64,000 nt of DNA from an uncultured Roseivirgaceae bacterium (GCA_964493505.1 CAZBNP010000007.1:70392-134391), one strand, 5' to 3'. Shown: positions 9,852 to 20,372, counted from the first letter of the stretch. Translations and numbers: made by a program. Notes: a model not told the origin generated them from the letters alone.

Positions 9852-11276
9852 ATGAAATTCCGGCTGCTCCTGCTTTTGCTTTGCTTCGTTGCCTTTGGGG
9901 CAAAGGGGCAAACTAGTGGAAAAGAGCCTCTTCCCGACGCGCTGCGCTTCATCGACGCCTGGCTCGAAGCCCAGCAGGTGTACGATCGCATCCCGGGACT
10001 GTCTGTAGCGCTGGTGAAAGATCAGGAAGTAATATGGAGTAAAGGATACGGACTGGCCGACGTCAAAAGAAAAATACCGGCAACCCCGCAAACAGTCTAC
10101 AGTATATGTTCGATCACGAAACTGTTCACATCAATTGCCATCATGCAACTGTACGATCAGGGGAAACTGAGACTCGACGATTCGCTCTCAACTATATTAC
10201 CCGAACTGGAAATCCGGCAACAGTTTTCCGACAGCGGCCCCATCACCATTCGCAGCCTTCTCACCCATTCGTCCGGCCTGCCACGAGAAGCCGACTTCCC
10301 GTATTGGACCACGCCCGCGTTCGACTTTCCGACCAGCGAGCAAATTTTAACGAAACTGGAAACCCAGGAGACGCTATATCCCGTCAATACATATTTTCAG
10401 TACAGCAACCTGGGGATGGTCCTGCTGGGCCAGGTCGTTGAAAAGGTTTCGGGCGAGCAATTTGATACCTATATTCTGGAACATATCCTCAAACCCTTGC
10501 GGTTGTCAGACACGTATTCCAGGTTGCCCCAGGATCTTTCGGGCAATAGTCTCGCGACAGGATACTCTTCCCTGAACCGGGAAGGGACACGTGAGGTCCT
10601 TCTCCCGTTCGACACCAAAGGAATCCAGGCAGCAGCCGGCTACGCCTCCACGGCTCTCGACCTGGCGCGTTTCGCATCGTGGCAGTTCAGACTCCTCGCC
10701 AACGGCGGCAAGGAAGTACTGACATCCGCGAGCCTGAAGGAAATGCAGCGGGTTCACTGGGCCGACCCTGACGGAAAGATAAACTGGGGACTGGGATTCA
10801 TTGTATTCCAGAACAACGGGAGAACACTTACCGGCCATTGGGGCACTTGTCCGGGATACAGAAGCCTCTTGCTGATGGATCTCTCGGAGAAACTCGCCTG
10901 CGTCGTTCTTATCAACACGATGGAAAGCCCCTGGAAGTTTGCTCACCAGATGCGAAACATCCTCTTGAAGGGATCTAAGGAAAAGAACCATCAACCCAGC
11001 AGTATCGATCTCGAAGAATACACCGGTACCTATAGCGCTCAGCCATGGGGTTCGGAAAAAAAGGTGTTATCGTGGTATGGCAACCTCGCCATCGTCGATC
11101 TCCCATCCGATAATCCGCTCGAAAACATGGTATTGCTCCACCACGTCAGCGGAGATGTATTCAGGAGGATCCGCCGCGATGATAACCTCGGTGAAGAAAT
11201 CCGTTTCGAACGCGACGAAAAAGGGAAAATCACGCGCCTGTGGCGACACAGCAACTACTCCGAGAAGCTGCGGTAG
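9852..11276 (+). CDS. Serine hydrolase, beta-lactamase-like family, with extra C-terminal domain (DUF3471-like), secreted
   Basis: SITK, YSN, LLTHSSGL, HWG motifs; signal peptide. Confidence 0.88.
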   Translation: MKFRLLLLLLCFVAFGAKGQTSGKEPLPDALRFIDAWLEAQQVYDRIPGLSVALVKDQEVIWSKGYGLADVKRKIPATPQTVYSICSITKLFTSIAIMQLYDQGKLRLDDSLSTILPELEIRQQFSDSGPITIRSLLTHSSGLPREADFPYWTTPAFDFPTSEQILTKLETQETLYPVNTYFQYSNLGMVLLGQVVEKVSGEQFDTYILEHILKPLRLSDTYSRLPQDLSGNSLATGYSSLNREGTREVLLPFDTKGIQAAAGYASTALDLARFASWQFRLLANGGKEVLTSASLKEMQRVHWADPDGKINWGLGFIVFQNNGRTLTGHWGTCPGYRSLLLMDLSEKLACVVLINTMESPWKFAHQMRNILLKGSKEKNHQPSSIDLEEYTGTYSAQPWGSEKKVLSWYGNLAIVDLPSDNPLENMVLLHHVSGDVFRRIRRDDNLGEEIRFERDEKGKITRLWRHSNYSEKLR

Positions 11277-11323
11277 CAATGGGATGGAGAATCGAAAAGC
11301 AAACTCATATTCAAAACAGACAC

Positions 11324-12268
11324 ATGGCCACAAGAAGAGATTTCCTCAAAAAATCAATACTAGCCGCGTCAGCGGTACCTCTTATGCACACAGGCGTAAC
11401 GAACGTTAACAGTCAGCGACCAGCCAGTGCACTGAGTGTAAATATCTTTTCGAAACACCTTCAATTCCTGAACTATCATGATATGGCGAGTGCCGCCAGG
11501 GAGATTGGGTTTGACGGCGTAGACCTCACGGTGCGGCCAAACGGTCATGTCTTGCCCGAGCGGGTTGAATCAGACCTGCCGAAAGCTATAGAAGCTATTC
11601 GTCAGGCAGGGCTTTCGCACACGATGATGACAACAGCGGTAGACGATGCCAGCGATGCCGTCGACAAGCGGGTACTCGAAACAGCGGCCACACAGGGGAT
11701 AAAGTTTTACAGGATGAACTGGCTGACCTATCCGCCGGGATCCAGTATCCCGGAAGCGGTCAAACAGTTCCAGCAAACCATTCGCGGGCTGAGCATCCTT
11801 AACAGGAAACTCGGAATAGTCGGTGCCTACCAGAATCACGCCGGGCCTCGCGCGGGAGCATCTATCTGGGAATTGCACGATATGGTGAGCACAGCCAGGA
11901 AGTCGCACATGGGCGTGCAATACGACATCCGCCACGCGGTCGTGGAAGGTGGTCTTTCGTGGAAGACCGGTCTGCGACTTATCCACCCCGAGATCAAGAT
12001 CCTGGCGATAAAGGATTTTATCTGGGAGAAAAGAGATGGCCGCTATTACGTGCAGGACGTTCCACTCGGTACAGGCATGGTTGATTTCAAAAGCTACTTC
12101 ACGCTCCTAAAAGAGTACGGCGTCAATGTCCCGGTATCACTGCACATTGAATACCCCGTGGGTGGCGCCGAGCACGGCCTCACGAAAATCACAGTCGATG
12201 AAAACGTTGTGTTCGATGCCATGCGGCGCGACCTCAAATGGTTGCGCGACACCTGGAATTCTATCTGA
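11324..12268 (+). CDS. TAT-exported sugar phosphate isomerase/epimerase (xylose isomerase-like TIM barrel)
   Basis: Start moved to ATG 11324 (MATRRDFLKK twin-arginine signal); GFDGVDL, QNH, YDIRH, KDF, LHIEY metal-binding pattern. Confidence 0.85.
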   Translation: MATRRDFLKKSILAASAVPLMHTGVTNVNSQRPASALSVNIFSKHLQFLNYHDMASAAREIGFDGVDLTVRPNGHVLPERVESDLPKAIEAIRQAGLSHTMMTTAVDDASDAVDKRVLETAATQGIKFYRMNWLTYPPGSSIPEAVKQFQQTIRGLSILNRKLGIVGAYQNHAGPRAGASIWELHDMVSTARKSHMGVQYDIRHAVVEGGLSWKTGLRLIHPEIKILAIKDFIWEKRDGRYYVQDVPLGTGMVDFKSYFTLLKEYGVNVPVSLHIEYPVGGAEHGLTKITVDENVVFDAMRRDLKWLRDTWNSI

Positions 12269-12480
12269 CTGATCCGCACCCCGGCACTGCGTTCCTATCC
12301 CCGTGCTTGGATTCCACCACTTTGTGGAATAATCCTACAATCCTTCAGCGACTTTACCAACAGAGGCGCGACCCATAAAACTGTCAACCAGTGAGTTATC
12401 GAACAGGCGGGTGGACTGGTATGCCATTAGAAAGAACAAAGTGGAAACCAGTCAATATGTTCAACTTAAAAGAAAATGTT

Positions 12481-12873
12481 ATGAAAAAGTTATTGTTAGC
12501 AGTTTGTTTGATGTTTGGTGGAGCCACGCTCGTAAGCGCACAAACACCTGCCCAGACGCAGGATCAGGAGCAGATCTCGATTAGTGAACTTCCTGATCAG
12601 GTAACAGCAAAATTAGAAAGCTCTGATTATGCCGGCTGGACCGTAGGCAGCGCCTTCAAGAAGATGAACGATGCCAACCAGGAGATTTTTGTTATCGAAC
12701 TCAGACAGGGCACCGAAACCAAAAAGGTAAAGTTTGACAGAGACGGAAACGAGATAGAAAAGGATAAGCAAGGAAAAAAATCCGACAACTCAAACTATCG
12801 CGATCTGTCTGAGGATCCAGCAGCGCCTGAAGAACCCGTACTGCCAGAGCCCACAACGCCAGAGCAACAGTAA
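12481..12873 (+). CDS. Small secreted protein, PepSY-like/BLIP-like fold, with Pro/Glu-rich tail
   Basis: ATG 12481 MKKLLLAVCLMFGGATLVSA signal peptide; ISELPDQV...VKFDRDGNEI pattern. Confidence 0.65.
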   Translation: MKKLLLAVCLMFGGATLVSAQTPAQTQDQEQISISELPDQVTAKLESSDYAGWTVGSAFKKMNDANQEIFVIELRQGTETKKVKFDRDGNEIEKDKQGKKSDNSNYRDLSEDPAAPEEPVLPEPTTPEQQ

Positions 12874-12950
12874 TTCCATGAACGACAGTTCGTACATGGT
12901 TTCTGTAAAGCAGAAGTAACGTTCGGATTACATAACAGTAGGCTGAACAT

Positions 12951-12986
12951 AGAAAGGTGTCACTTGATAGTGACACCTTTCTTTAT
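12951..12986 (+). terminator. Rho-independent terminator
   Basis: Perfect 13-bp stem AGAAAGGTGTCAC / GTGACACCTTTCT, 6-nt loop, T-rich tail. Confidence 0.85.
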
Positions 12987-13064
12987 GGGCAAAAACGGCG
13001 GCGGCCAATTAATTTGAATCATTTGCCACCTCATTGGCTTCAAAATAATTACTTTTGGGCCGCT

Positions 13065-16007
13065 ATGAATTTCCATGCATTAAAACAATCACTTGATGGA
13101 GAACTGTTTATAGACGAAGTAACCCGACGGCTGTATGCAACCGACGCCTCTGCTTACCGGGAGGTACCCGCCGCGGTCGCATTTCCACAGACAGAAGAAG
13201 ACATCGCCAGGCTTATCAGGTTTGCATCCGAAAACAACACTTCCCTGATTCCCCGGACCGCGGGCACATCACTTGCCGGCCAGGTTGTGGGGCCGGGAAT
13301 CGTGGTAGACGTATCGAAACACTTTGGAAAGATCGTCGAGATCAACACGAATGAAGGTTGGGCTACAGTGCAGCCCGGAATCGTTCGCGACGACCTGAAT
13401 CACTACCTCAAACCACACGGCTTCTATTTCGCGCCCGAAACCTCTACCGCGAACCGTGCGATGATCGGGGGTATGATCGGGAATAACTCGTGTGGGTCAA
13501 ATTCGGTAGTCTACGGCAGTACACGCGAGCACTTACTCGAAGTAGAAGGTTTTCTTTCAGACGGATCGAAGGTGCGCTTTCGCTCAATAGCAAAGGACGA
13601 AGTTCTTGATCGGGCGAACCGAGATAGCAGCATTCTTGAAGACCAGCTGTACAAACACATATACACAGTACTCTCCGACCCCGAAAACATCCGGGAGATT
13701 GAAGAGCATTTCCCAAAACAATCCGTTCATCGCCGCAATACCGGTTATGCTATTGACCTCCTGGCGCGAATGGAGCCGTTCTATCCGGGAGGACAACCGT
13801 TCAATTTCTGTTCGCTGATCGCCGGGTCGGAAGGAACCCTCGCATTCATAACATCGGCGAAGATCCGTCTTACACCTCTCGAACCACCGCATAAGCGACT
13901 GGTCTGTGTCCATTGCAGGAGTATAGACGAGTCACTCCGCGCAAACCTGGTGGCTCTGAAACACCGCCCATCGGCGGTTGAACTGATGGACCATTACATT
14001 TTTGAAGCGACAAAAAGAAACACCGGACAGATCCCCAACCGGTTCTTTGTCGAGGGCGACCCACAGGCCGTATTGGTGGCAGAACTAACCAGAGCCAGCG
14101 AGGAAGAAGCCGACGCTGACGCGCGCGCGCTTGTCGACGAGCTCAAGACCCTGCAGATGGGGTATTCATGGCCGATCGTCAGCGGCGAAAACATCAAGAA
14201 GGTATGGACACTCCGCAAGGCTGGCCTTGGATTGTTGTCTAATGTTCCGGGCGACGCAAAACCGGTTCCCGTAATAGAAGACACCGCCGTAGACGTAACC
14301 GACCTGCCAGCATACATCGCTGAATTCGGCGAGATACTGAAGAAGCATGAGTTGTATAGTGTCCATTATGCACATGCAGGATCCGGCGAACTCCACCTGC
14401 GTCCGATCATCGATTTGAAGACCTCCGAGGGTGTGAAATTATTCCGGATCATCGCCGAAGAAACGGCATTACTGGTCAGGAAGTACCGCGGATCGCTTTC
14501 AGGTGAACACGGCGACGGCAGACTGCGAGGTGAGTTTATCCCGCTGATGATCGGCGAGAGAAATTACAACCTCATTAAAGACCTTAAGAAAACCTGGGAC
14601 CCCGGCAATATCTTCAACCCTGGAAAAATCGTGGATACGCCACCGATGGATACCCATCTGCGGTTCGAACGTGATCAGGAAACGAAGCAGTTCGATACCA
14701 TTCTCGATTTTTCGGAAAATCTCGGAATCCTGCGCGCGGCGGAACAATGCAACGGATCGGGCGACTGCCGGAAAACTGAACTGAGCGGTGGCACCATGTG
14801 CCCCAGCTATATGGCTACCCGCCACGAGAAAGATACGACGCGAGCCAGAGCCAACATCCTAAGAGAGATGATCACGCGATCTGACAAGGCGAACCCGTTC
14901 GCACATGACGAAATCGCCGAGGTTATGGATCTGTGCATCAGTTGCAAGGGCTGTAAGTCGGAATGTCCTTCCAACGTCGACATAGCCAAGCTGAAACAGG
15001 AATGGCAGTATCAGTACTATAAGGAAAAGGGAGTTCCGCTGAGAAGCTGGCTCATCGGGAACTTCGCTCTGGGCATGAAACTGGCTTCGGCTATCCCATG
15101 GGCTTACGATCTTGTTTTTGGTAACAAGACCCTGGGCGGCATCGCGAAGAATATCATCGGTTTCGCGCCGCTGAGAAGCATGCCTCACATTTCACGTACC
15201 AGCTGGCGGAAATGGTTCCGGCGCCAGTTCAGGCCCACAACCACCAAACCCATTAAAACAGTATATCTCTTCGTCGATGAGTTGCTGAACTACAACGAAG
15301 CGGAGATCGGAATCACAACAGTGAGGCTATTGGACCGGCTCGGATACGGCATCCGATTCCTGGATCACCATGAATCGGGACGGAGTTTTTTGTCGAAAGG
15401 CCTGCTGAAGCAAGCTCATAAGCTGGCAAAAAAGAATGTAAACCTGTTTAAGGATCACATCACAGGCGAGACGCCGCTTGTCGGCGTGGAGCCTTCAGCG
15501 ATATTGACGTTCCGCGACGAATATCCCGATCTCCTGCGCGGCCAGGAGAAAGAAGATGCCCGGCGGATCGGAAGTAATACCATGATGATTGAAGAATTTC
15601 TGGCCAGTGAACTCGAGGCGGGGAACATCACGCCCGGACAGTTTTCTGACCAGGGTGTTTTGATCAAGCTACACGGTCATTGTCAGCAGAAATCATTGTC
15701 GACCCTGACCCACACAAAAAAGATCCTGACGCGTTTGGGCAACAATCAGGTACACATCATTCCATCGGGATGCTGTGGTATGGCGGGCTCGTTCGGCTAT
15801 GAAAAAGAGCACTACGAGCTATCGATGCAGATTGGGGAGCTTGTGCTGTTCCCGGCAGTGCGCAAACTCTCTCCGGAGGTTATCGTCGCCGCACCGGGAA
15901 CAAGTTGCCGCCACCAGATCAAAGATGGTACGGGAAGAAAAGCGTTGCATCCCGTGGAAATCCTCTGGCGTGCGATCAAGGATAAGAAGAGCACGGACTC
16001 GCAATGA
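13065..16007 (+). CDS. FAD-binding and Fe-S/CCG-domain oxidoreductase (GlcD-GlcF/YdiJ-like 2-hydroxyacid dehydrogenase family)
   Basis: PRTAGTSLAGQ, GSEGTL, GEHGDG, CISCKGCKSECP, HGHCQQK, GCCGMAGSFG; start moved to ATG 13065, just downstream of TACTTTTG. Confidence 0.9.
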   Translation: MNFHALKQSLDGELFIDEVTRRLYATDASAYREVPAAVAFPQTEEDIARLIRFASENNTSLIPRTAGTSLAGQVVGPGIVVDVSKHFGKIVEINTNEGWATVQPGIVRDDLNHYLKPHGFYFAPETSTANRAMIGGMIGNNSCGSNSVVYGSTREHLLEVEGFLSDGSKVRFRSIAKDEVLDRANRDSSILEDQLYKHIYTVLSDPENIREIEEHFPKQSVHRRNTGYAIDLLARMEPFYPGGQPFNFCSLIAGSEGTLAFITSAKIRLTPLEPPHKRLVCVHCRSIDESLRANLVALKHRPSAVELMDHYIFEATKRNTGQIPNRFFVEGDPQAVLVAELTRASEEEADADARALVDELKTLQMGYSWPIVSGENIKKVWTLRKAGLGLLSNVPGDAKPVPVIEDTAVDVTDLPAYIAEFGEILKKHELYSVHYAHAGSGELHLRPIIDLKTSEGVKLFRIIAEETALLVRKYRGSLSGEHGDGRLRGEFIPLMIGERNYNLIKDLKKTWDPGNIFNPGKIVDTPPMDTHLRFERDQETKQFDTILDFSENLGILRAAEQCNGSGDCRKTELSGGTMCPSYMATRHEKDTTRARANILREMITRSDKANPFAHDEIAEVMDLCISCKGCKSECPSNVDIAKLKQEWQYQYYKEKGVPLRSWLIGNFALGMKLASAIPWAYDLVFGNKTLGGIAKNIIGFAPLRSMPHISRTSWRKWFRRQFRPTTTKPIKTVYLFVDELLNYNEAEIGITTVRLLDRLGYGIRFLDHHESGRSFLSKGLLKQAHKLAKKNVNLFKDHITGETPLVGVEPSAILTFRDEYPDLLRGQEKEDARRIGSNTMMIEEFLASELEAGNITPGQFSDQGVLIKLHGHCQQKSLSTLTHTKKILTRLGNNQVHIIPSGCCGMAGSFGYEKEHYELSMQIGELVLFPAVRKLSPEVIVAAPGTSCRHQIKDGTGRKALHPVEILWRAIKDKKSTDSQ

Positions 16008-16037
16008 AATACAACCCCGATTGATTAACTTAACGCC

Positions 16038-16889
16038 ATGAGAATACCAGGATATTTTATTGTACTCGCGACGTTAGTCGCTTGCCAGAGTTCGGGCGGC
16101 CCGGAAGGCGATGGCTGGATTCAGTTGTTCAACGGAAAAGACCTCAATGACTGGACCGTCAAGATCAGGGGCAATCCCGCGGGGGTGAATTTCGGCAATA
16201 CCTATATTGTCGAGGATGGAAAAATGAAAGTCGTCTATGATGATCAGGCATACCCGTCATTCTCGGATAAATTCGGTCACATCTTTTACAAAGAAAAATT
16301 TTCCTGGTATCTACTGGCGGTTGAGTATCGCTTTGTAGGCGAACAAGCGAATAATGGTCCAGGGTGGGCATTGAGAAACAGCGGCGCCATGCTTCATTGC
16401 CAGGCCCCGGAGACCATGTCAGACGATCAGGATTTCCCCATCTCGATTGAAGTTCAGTTCCTCGGCGGCAACGGTGTCGACGAGCGAACAACGGCAAACC
16501 TTTGTACTCCCGGCACCAACGTCGTGATGGACGGTGAACTTGTTACACAGCATTGTATATCATCGACATCGAAGACCTATCACGGGGATCAGTGGGTACG
16601 CGTCGAAGTACTGGTTCTCGGCGACTCCCTTATGGAACATTTTGTCGAAGGAAAAAGCGTATTGCGTTACGAACAACCCCAGATAGGCGGAGGCAATGTA
16701 AAGAACGAGGACGGAAGTATTAAGCAGGACGGAATGCTACTGGAAGAGGGTTATATCGCATTGCAGAGTGAAAGTCACCCTATTGAATTCAGAAAGGTAG
16801 AGTTGTTTGATCTGATCGACTATAAGTCCAACCCAGACGGTCTAGGGGAAGTCCTGGGTACTTTACTCACCAACCCAAACCCCAGGTAA
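16038..16889 (+). CDS. DUF1080 / 3-keto-disaccharide hydrolase family lipoprotein
   Basis: Lipobox LVAC; WIQLFNGKDLNDW, NSG, GYIALQSESHPIEFR motifs. Confidence 0.9.
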   Translation: MRIPGYFIVLATLVACQSSGGPEGDGWIQLFNGKDLNDWTVKIRGNPAGVNFGNTYIVEDGKMKVVYDDQAYPSFSDKFGHIFYKEKFSWYLLAVEYRFVGEQANNGPGWALRNSGAMLHCQAPETMSDDQDFPISIEVQFLGGNGVDERTTANLCTPGTNVVMDGELVTQHCISSTSKTYHGDQWVRVEVLVLGDSLMEHFVEGKSVLRYEQPQIGGGNVKNEDGSIKQDGMLLEEGYIALQSESHPIEFRKVELFDLIDYKSNPDGLGEVLGTLLTNPNPR

Positions 16890-16964
16890 AGGGACTTCAC
16901 AGCAATTATTTTATATATTGTCACAGTGATAGGTCGGAAACCGTAAACCTAACTACTGACGACG

Positions 16965-18101
16965 ATGACTCAGGAAGTGCCCGCGCACGCCGATACCAAA
17001 CCGGCAACCCGAAGACTACTATCCATCGATGCCCTTCGAGGCTTCGACATGCTCATGATCTCCGGCGCGGGGAGCTTCGTGCTATTGCTTCACGGCAAAA
17101 CGGGATGGGCATGGGTTGACGCGCTCGCGTTACAATTCGAGCACCCGGCGTGGAACGGGTTCACGTTCTATGACTTTATCATGCCCTTGTTCCTGTTTAT
17201 CGCAGGGCTGTCAATTCCGTTTTCACTAAACAAAGGTCTCGAACTGGGCATGACCAAGCGAAGGCTATACCGCAAAGCTTTCACGCGTATGCTTATTCTG
17301 ATTGCCCTGGGCATTCTCTATAAGAATGCACCCGTTCCGGTCTTTGAGCCTTCAAAGATCCGGTTCGTTAGTGTACTTGGCCGGATCGGCTTTGCCGGCT
17401 TCATCGCAACTATTCTCTATCTGAATTTCGGTTTTCAGAAACGTATCTTCTGGATCGCAGGACTTCTGCTGTTTTACTATGCCTGTATGTTTCTCGTCCC
17501 TGTTCCCGGATACGGCGCAGGCGACCTTTCCTTCGAAGGTAACCTCGTGGGCTGGATCGACCGGACATTCCTGCCAGGGCGCCTGCTCCAGAAAACATAC
17601 GATGAACTGGGTATTCTCACGCAGATGCCGGCTCTTTGCCTGACGGTATTGGGTACACTCGCCGGCGATATGTTGCGAAGGACGGGGAGCACCGACTACA
17701 GCAAGCTGAAGAATCTTGTTGTCGCCGGCGTGATCTGCCTGGTGATCTCCGCCGTGTGGGCGCTGCATTTTCCCATCAACAAACACCTATGGACGAGCTC
17801 ATTCATCATGCTGACAGGGGGAATGGCTTTTCTCAGTTTCGCATTATTCTACTGGGTGATCGACATCATGGAGATACGCCGGTGGGCATTCTTTTTCATG
17901 GTGATCGGGATGAACAGTCTTGCGATCTACCTGGGCTACCACTTCATCAGTTTTAATTACACTTCCCGGCTTCTGTTCGAAGGTCTGTACATCCACGCTC
18001 CCGAACAATGGCACCGGGTCTTTCAGACACTGGGAGCACTGGGACTGGTCTGGGTATTCCTGTATATGCTATACAGGCTGAAGATATTTATCAAAGTATA
18101 G
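16965..18101 (+). CDS. DUF5009 / HGSNAT (NagX)-like membrane acyltransferase
   Basis: RLLSIDALRGFDM, HPAWNGFTFYDFIMPLFLF, PINKHLWTSSF; polytopic membrane protein. Confidence 0.88.
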   Translation: MTQEVPAHADTKPATRRLLSIDALRGFDMLMISGAGSFVLLLHGKTGWAWVDALALQFEHPAWNGFTFYDFIMPLFLFIAGLSIPFSLNKGLELGMTKRRLYRKAFTRMLILIALGILYKNAPVPVFEPSKIRFVSVLGRIGFAGFIATILYLNFGFQKRIFWIAGLLLFYYACMFLVPVPGYGAGDLSFEGNLVGWIDRTFLPGRLLQKTYDELGILTQMPALCLTVLGTLAGDMLRRTGSTDYSKLKNLVVAGVICLVISAVWALHFPINKHLWTSSFIMLTGGMAFLSFALFYWVIDIMEIRRWAFFFMVIGMNSLAIYLGYHFISFNYTSRLLFEGLYIHAPEQWHRVFQTLGALGLVWVFLYMLYRLKIFIKV

Positions 18102-18124
18102 ACAAGCACGTTCAGCCCTTACTC

Positions 18125-19492
18125 TCAGGGCGCGGGATATTTTTTCGATACATCGTCGACGATCAGCACCCAATCGCGCCCCCAGCCGGAGGAAGGCGGT
18201 GTAAATTCCTTTTGCGCTACCTTTTTAAATTTTCCGATATCAGTAGACTCCCCGGTTTTAGGATCATACCACCGGGCGAAGATCTCTTTGCCGGATATCC
18301 TGTCCAGGTTCACAGTAAATTTTTTGCCCTGCGAGCTGTAGACAAAAAGGTAATCTTTACCCCGCGTAGCCTGAATCCGGTCGCTGGAGCTACGAGCGTC
18401 AGTGATCACGCTTTGATCCGGAACCCGGTCGAAGAAGGGTCGCGATTCGATCAGTCTGCGAACATGCTTCAGTTGCCCCGCGCCGGGAAGATCCATGGCT
18501 ACATACCAGGGGAAATTCGGCCCGTTCACCGGCACGCGATGCGGCGCGTACATCTGCCAGATGTCGTGGCATCCGTAGGTATGACCAAACGCGCCGGCAA
18601 ACACATTGAACCACGCTAGCTTTCGCACGTCGTACGCACTAGAGGTTCCGAGGTCTTTCGCATTGAAGCATATCGGATGATCTTCGTAAAGCGGTTCACC
18701 ATCTATCGCTGGCTTTACCGGTTGCAGGTTGTACAGATACTGTATCCTGTCCCAAACATCGATTTCATAACAGTGTCCCGTCTGGAGCATATTGAAATCG
18801 AGCCATTCATCATTGTGAAACCATTTCGCAGAGCCACCTTCATTGGTTTGTGTTGGTTGCGGATGAAACGTCATCAAAGCCTTCCCATGACCACCTACAC
18901 CTTCTGCGATCCCTTCCGCCATCGAACGCCAGATAGCAACATCATCTGACCCATCGCGCGGCCTTCGGTCGCCTCCGATTATCCAGACGATGTTCTTCTG
19001 ATCCTTGTAGCGATTGCCGATCCATCGGCCATATACCCGGGCATTGTCCACGTTAAAGATCACCGGCCCTTTACCCCAGCTGAGCAAATTAACTTTATCT
19101 CCCCAGGTCGGAAGCAAACCAATATAAAGCCCCAGTTGCTCAGCCTTCTTGATAATGAAGTCGACATGCCTGAAGTACGCTTCCCGGGGTTTTGTAGGAT
19201 CGTTATTTTCCAGCGGTAACTCGCCATACGGATTCGGATCGCGGAGGCCGTCCTGTTCGGCGAGAACGACAGCCTGGATAACAGTAAAACCTTTGTCAGC
19301 GCGGTTCTTCAGATAAATCTCCGCCTCTTCCCGGGTCAGACGGTGAAAAAGCTCCCATGCAGTATCGCCAAGCCAGAAGAACGGCTGGCCGTCGGCAGTC
19401 TGAAGAAATCGGTGGTTATCTGATACGCGCAGCTGAGCACCGGCTGTGGTTATTATCAGAAAAAAAAGTGTGATCAAACCTAATCTGTTCAT
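18125..19492 (-). CDS. DUF4038 / GH140 (apiosidase-like) glycoside hydrolase with C-terminal collagen-binding-like domain
   Basis: PFFWLGDTAWELFHRL, DGEPLYE, GHTYG, RDWVLIV; signal peptide; start ATG 19492 or TTG 19504. Confidence 0.85.
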   Translation of the reverse strand: MNRLGLITLFFLIITTAGAQLRVSDNHRFLQTADGQPFFWLGDTAWELFHRLTREEAEIYLKNRADKGFTVIQAVVLAEQDGLRDPNPYGELPLENNDPTKPREAYFRHVDFIIKKAEQLGLYIGLLPTWGDKVNLLSWGKGPVIFNVDNARVYGRWIGNRYKDQKNIVWIIGGDRRPRDGSDDVAIWRSMAEGIAEGVGGHGKALMTFHPQPTQTNEGGSAKWFHNDEWLDFNMLQTGHCYEIDVWDRIQYLYNLQPVKPAIDGEPLYEDHPICFNAKDLGTSSAYDVRKLAWFNVFAGAFGHTYGCHDIWQMYAPHRVPVNGPNFPWYVAMDLPGAGQLKHVRRLIESRPFFDRVPDQSVITDARSSSDRIQATRGKDYLFVYSSQGKKFTVNLDRISGKEIFARWYDPKTGESTDIGKFKKVAQKEFTPPSSGWGRDWVLIVDDVSKKYPAP

Positions 19493-19584
19493 AAGGGATT
19501 TCAATAAATGGCAGGCAATTTATCAATTAATCGCTCGCAGTCGCGAAAAATAGCCAATCTCAAAAAAAATCAACTGATTTGTGA

Positions 19585-20367
19585 ATGCGAAAGAGTGACC
19601 AGATCGCGGACCTCAAAAAATTCCTCGATGAAAAAGCAGACCTGTTTAATACGCCGGCATTCATCGACGATGACCCGGTGAGTATACCGCATTTGTTCTC
19701 AAAAAGACAGGACATAGAAATTGCCGGATTGTTTGCCGCACTCCTGGCCTGGGGGCAGCGTCCGGTGATTATCCGAAAGTGCCGCGAACTGATGACATGG
19801 ATGGATAATGATCCGCATAATTTTATTATCGACCACAAAATCCGGGATCTGAAACCCTTCGCGGAGTTTCGTCATCGCACTTTCAACGGAACCGATGCTC
19901 TGTACTTCATCGAGGCTTTGCGTTTCCTCTACAAAGACTCCAAATCGCTGGAAGACGCGTTCGTGGTTCCTGAAGATCATCAGACGATCGAACAGGGTCT
20001 TGTGCGGTTTCATAAGCTATTCTTCAGCCTCGAAGACCATCCACACAGGACAAAGAAGCACCTTCCCACTCCAGAGCGGAAGTCGACCTGCAAACGAATC
20101 AACATGTATTTGCGCTGGATGGTACGACGTGATAACAAAGGTGTTGACTTTGGCCTGTGGAACAAGATCTCCCCCGCCCAACTCGTATGTCCCTGCGATA
20201 TTCACGTCGATCGTGTTAGCCGCAAGCTGAAACTCATCCGCCGAAAACAGACAGACTGGCTTACAGCGCTGGAACTCACCAAAAATCTTCGAACGCTGGA
20301 TCCGCTCGATCCAGTGAAATACGACTTTGCCCTGTTCGGACTCGGTGTCAACGGAATGATGCGTTAA
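19585..20367 (+). CDS. TIGR02757 / DUF2400 family protein (HhH-GPD-related)
   Basis: FIDDDPVSIPH, KRINMYLRWMVR, VDFGLW, DPVKYDFALFGLG. Confidence 0.9.
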   Translation: MRKSDQIADLKKFLDEKADLFNTPAFIDDDPVSIPHLFSKRQDIEIAGLFAALLAWGQRPVIIRKCRELMTWMDNDPHNFIIDHKIRDLKPFAEFRHRTFNGTDALYFIEALRFLYKDSKSLEDAFVVPEDHQTIEQGLVRFHKLFFSLEDHPHRTKKHLPTPERKSTCKRINMYLRWMVRRDNKGVDFGLWNKISPAQLVCPCDIHVDRVSRKLKLIRRKQTDWLTALELTKNLRTLDPLDPVKYDFALFGLGVNGMMR

Positions 20368-20372
20368 CCGCG

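Noticed and set aside
12417-12431. Sigma54 -24/-12 promoter (also TGGTATA-AAGA-TTTC at 57794-57808)
   Set aside because: The -12 TTGC is absent in both; too degenerate to call as a feature.
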